Origin: a virus | Taxonomy: Duplodnaviria > Heunggongvirae > Uroviricota > Caudoviricetes | Direction: 5' to 3' (one strand) | DNA length: 7,052 nucleotides | IMG/VR virus record: IMGVR_UViG_2778261417_000006 | Shown here: piece by piece, positions 6,394-7,052 of the stretch | Layout: every line of letters starts with the position of its first letter | Position numbering within the stretch: position 1 is the first letter of the stretch | The notes under the pieces: model-generated | Told to the model about the DNA's origin: nothing | What the model saw: the letters and a program-made list of their open reading frames with translations, nothing else | Databases searched by the model: none | Position numbers and translations under genes: made by a program

Positions 6394-6564
6394 GCTACAT
6401 AAATCCCGACCAAAGGAAGTAAATACATTAACACGAATTATCAGCACTGAAGTTGTTACGGCATATTTTATACAACATTGCACTTGGTTGCATGTGTTCG
6501 CATAGCAGACATCGGTAATAGAATATATTCACAATTATTTGTAATGAATGTAAAGAGGATGAGT

Positions 6565-6927
6565 ATGGTTGATTTATATTCGCCTACACAGCTTGTGCAG
6601 GTGGCTAATGCTGAAGATGTGCAAAAAAAATTAAATGCGTTGTTTACCAGTTTGTTTTTCACTCGCTCGGTAATGTTTGAATCGAGAGACATTATTCTTG
6701 ATACGATCGACGATCCAAATATCCCGATCGCGGCGTTTTGCTCTCCTATGGTGGGCAGTAAAGTTTCACGAGATGAGGGATACGAATCAAAAACAATTCG
6801 TCCAGGTTATATGAAGCCGAAAAGCAGCATTGATCCAAATAAGTTAGCTGTGCGCCCTGCTGGTGTGTCACCTGAGCAATACAATGCTTTTGGGGCGCGT
6901 AATATTAAAGTTAAACAGGCGAGGTAA
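6565..6927 (+). pseudogene. Lambda gpE-like major capsid protein, N-terminal about 120 codons only; truncated by IS1
   Basis: The translation from 6565 (MVDLYSPTQLVQVANAEDVQKKLNALFTSLFFTRS...FCSPMVGSKVSRDEGYESKTIRPGYMKPK...) resembles the lambda E N-terminus as I recall it (LFLRLFFRES...YVSPIVSGEVIRSRGG...TPGYVKPK). AAGAGG SD 6 nt upstream. The stop TAA (6925-6927) is supplied by the IS1 terminal sequence GGTAATGA. An alternative start at 6559 (MSMVDLY...) has no SD spacing. Confidence 0.65.
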
Positions 6928-7052
6928 TGACTCCAACTTACTGATAGTGTTTTATGTTCAGATAATGCCCGATGACTTTGTCATGCAGCTCCACCGATTT
7001 TGAGAACGACAGCGACTTCCGTCCCAGCCGTGCCAGGTGCTGCCTCAGATTC
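6923..7052 (-). mobile_element. IS1 right end, partial and window-truncated, inverted relative to the copy at 1-130
   Basis: Exact reverse complement of 1-130; begins GGTAATGACTCCAACTTACTGATAG. Confidence 0.93.
6938..7051 (-). CDS. insB: IS1 transposase InsB, C-terminal fragment (gene continues beyond the window)
   Basis: Mirror image of 2-115; the stop is the complement of 6938-6940. Confidence 0.85.

Noticed and set aside
5743-6434. Three overlapping minus-strand ORFs (122, 110 and 121 aa) opposite ssb and its neighbour
   Set aside because: All are antisense to the SSB gene and its upstream ORF, with Cys/Pro-rich translations and no start signals.
6478-6564. Upstream start (6478) for the capsid-like ORF, giving 149 aa
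   Set aside because: The added N-terminal 29 residues have no SD and no similarity to capsid proteins. The ATG at 6565 has an AAGAGG SD at ideal spacing, and the protein then begins like lambda E.
6348-6564. Possible sigma-70 promoter for the capsid gene (TTGCAC/TTGCAT motifs around 6478-6493, TAGAAT at 6519-6524)
   Set aside because: No -35/-10 pair with 16-18 bp spacing could be assembled; phage late genes commonly need an activator, so no promoter is called.
1-7052. CRISPR arrays, tRNA or rRNA genes, att core repeats
   Set aside because: No regularly spaced direct repeats with unique spacers, no cloverleaf-like tRNA candidates and no rRNA-like segments were seen. The att site is presumably beyond the IS1-truncated int.

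Overview
This window looks like a 6.8 kb remnant of a phage-satellite-like integrative element (PICI-like or P4-like), bracketed by two window-truncated IS1 ends in inverted orientation. Positions 1-130 and 6923-7052 are exact reverse complements of each other and carry the InsB C-terminus plus the IS1 terminal repeat. Reading left to right on the + strand: a tyrosine-integrase C-terminal fragment cut by the left IS1, an AlpA-family regulator, a terminator, and a Bro-N domain protein. A short minus-strand unit follows (an unassigned 101-aa protein plus a 59-aa basic ORF that the ORF track missed), then a divergent promoter region with a perfect 12-bp-arm palindromic operator. From there a rightward operon of six translationally coupled small ORFs ends in a 584-aa P4-family primase/SF3-helicase-like protein. 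Downstream lie a 224-bp iteron cluster (candidate ori), an unknown ORF coupled to an SSB homolog, and a lambda gpE-like major capsid gene cut after about 120 codons by the right IS1. No rRNA, tRNA or CRISPR array was seen. Protein family calls rest on motif recognition from the translations, not on database searches; positions and repeats were counted by hand.
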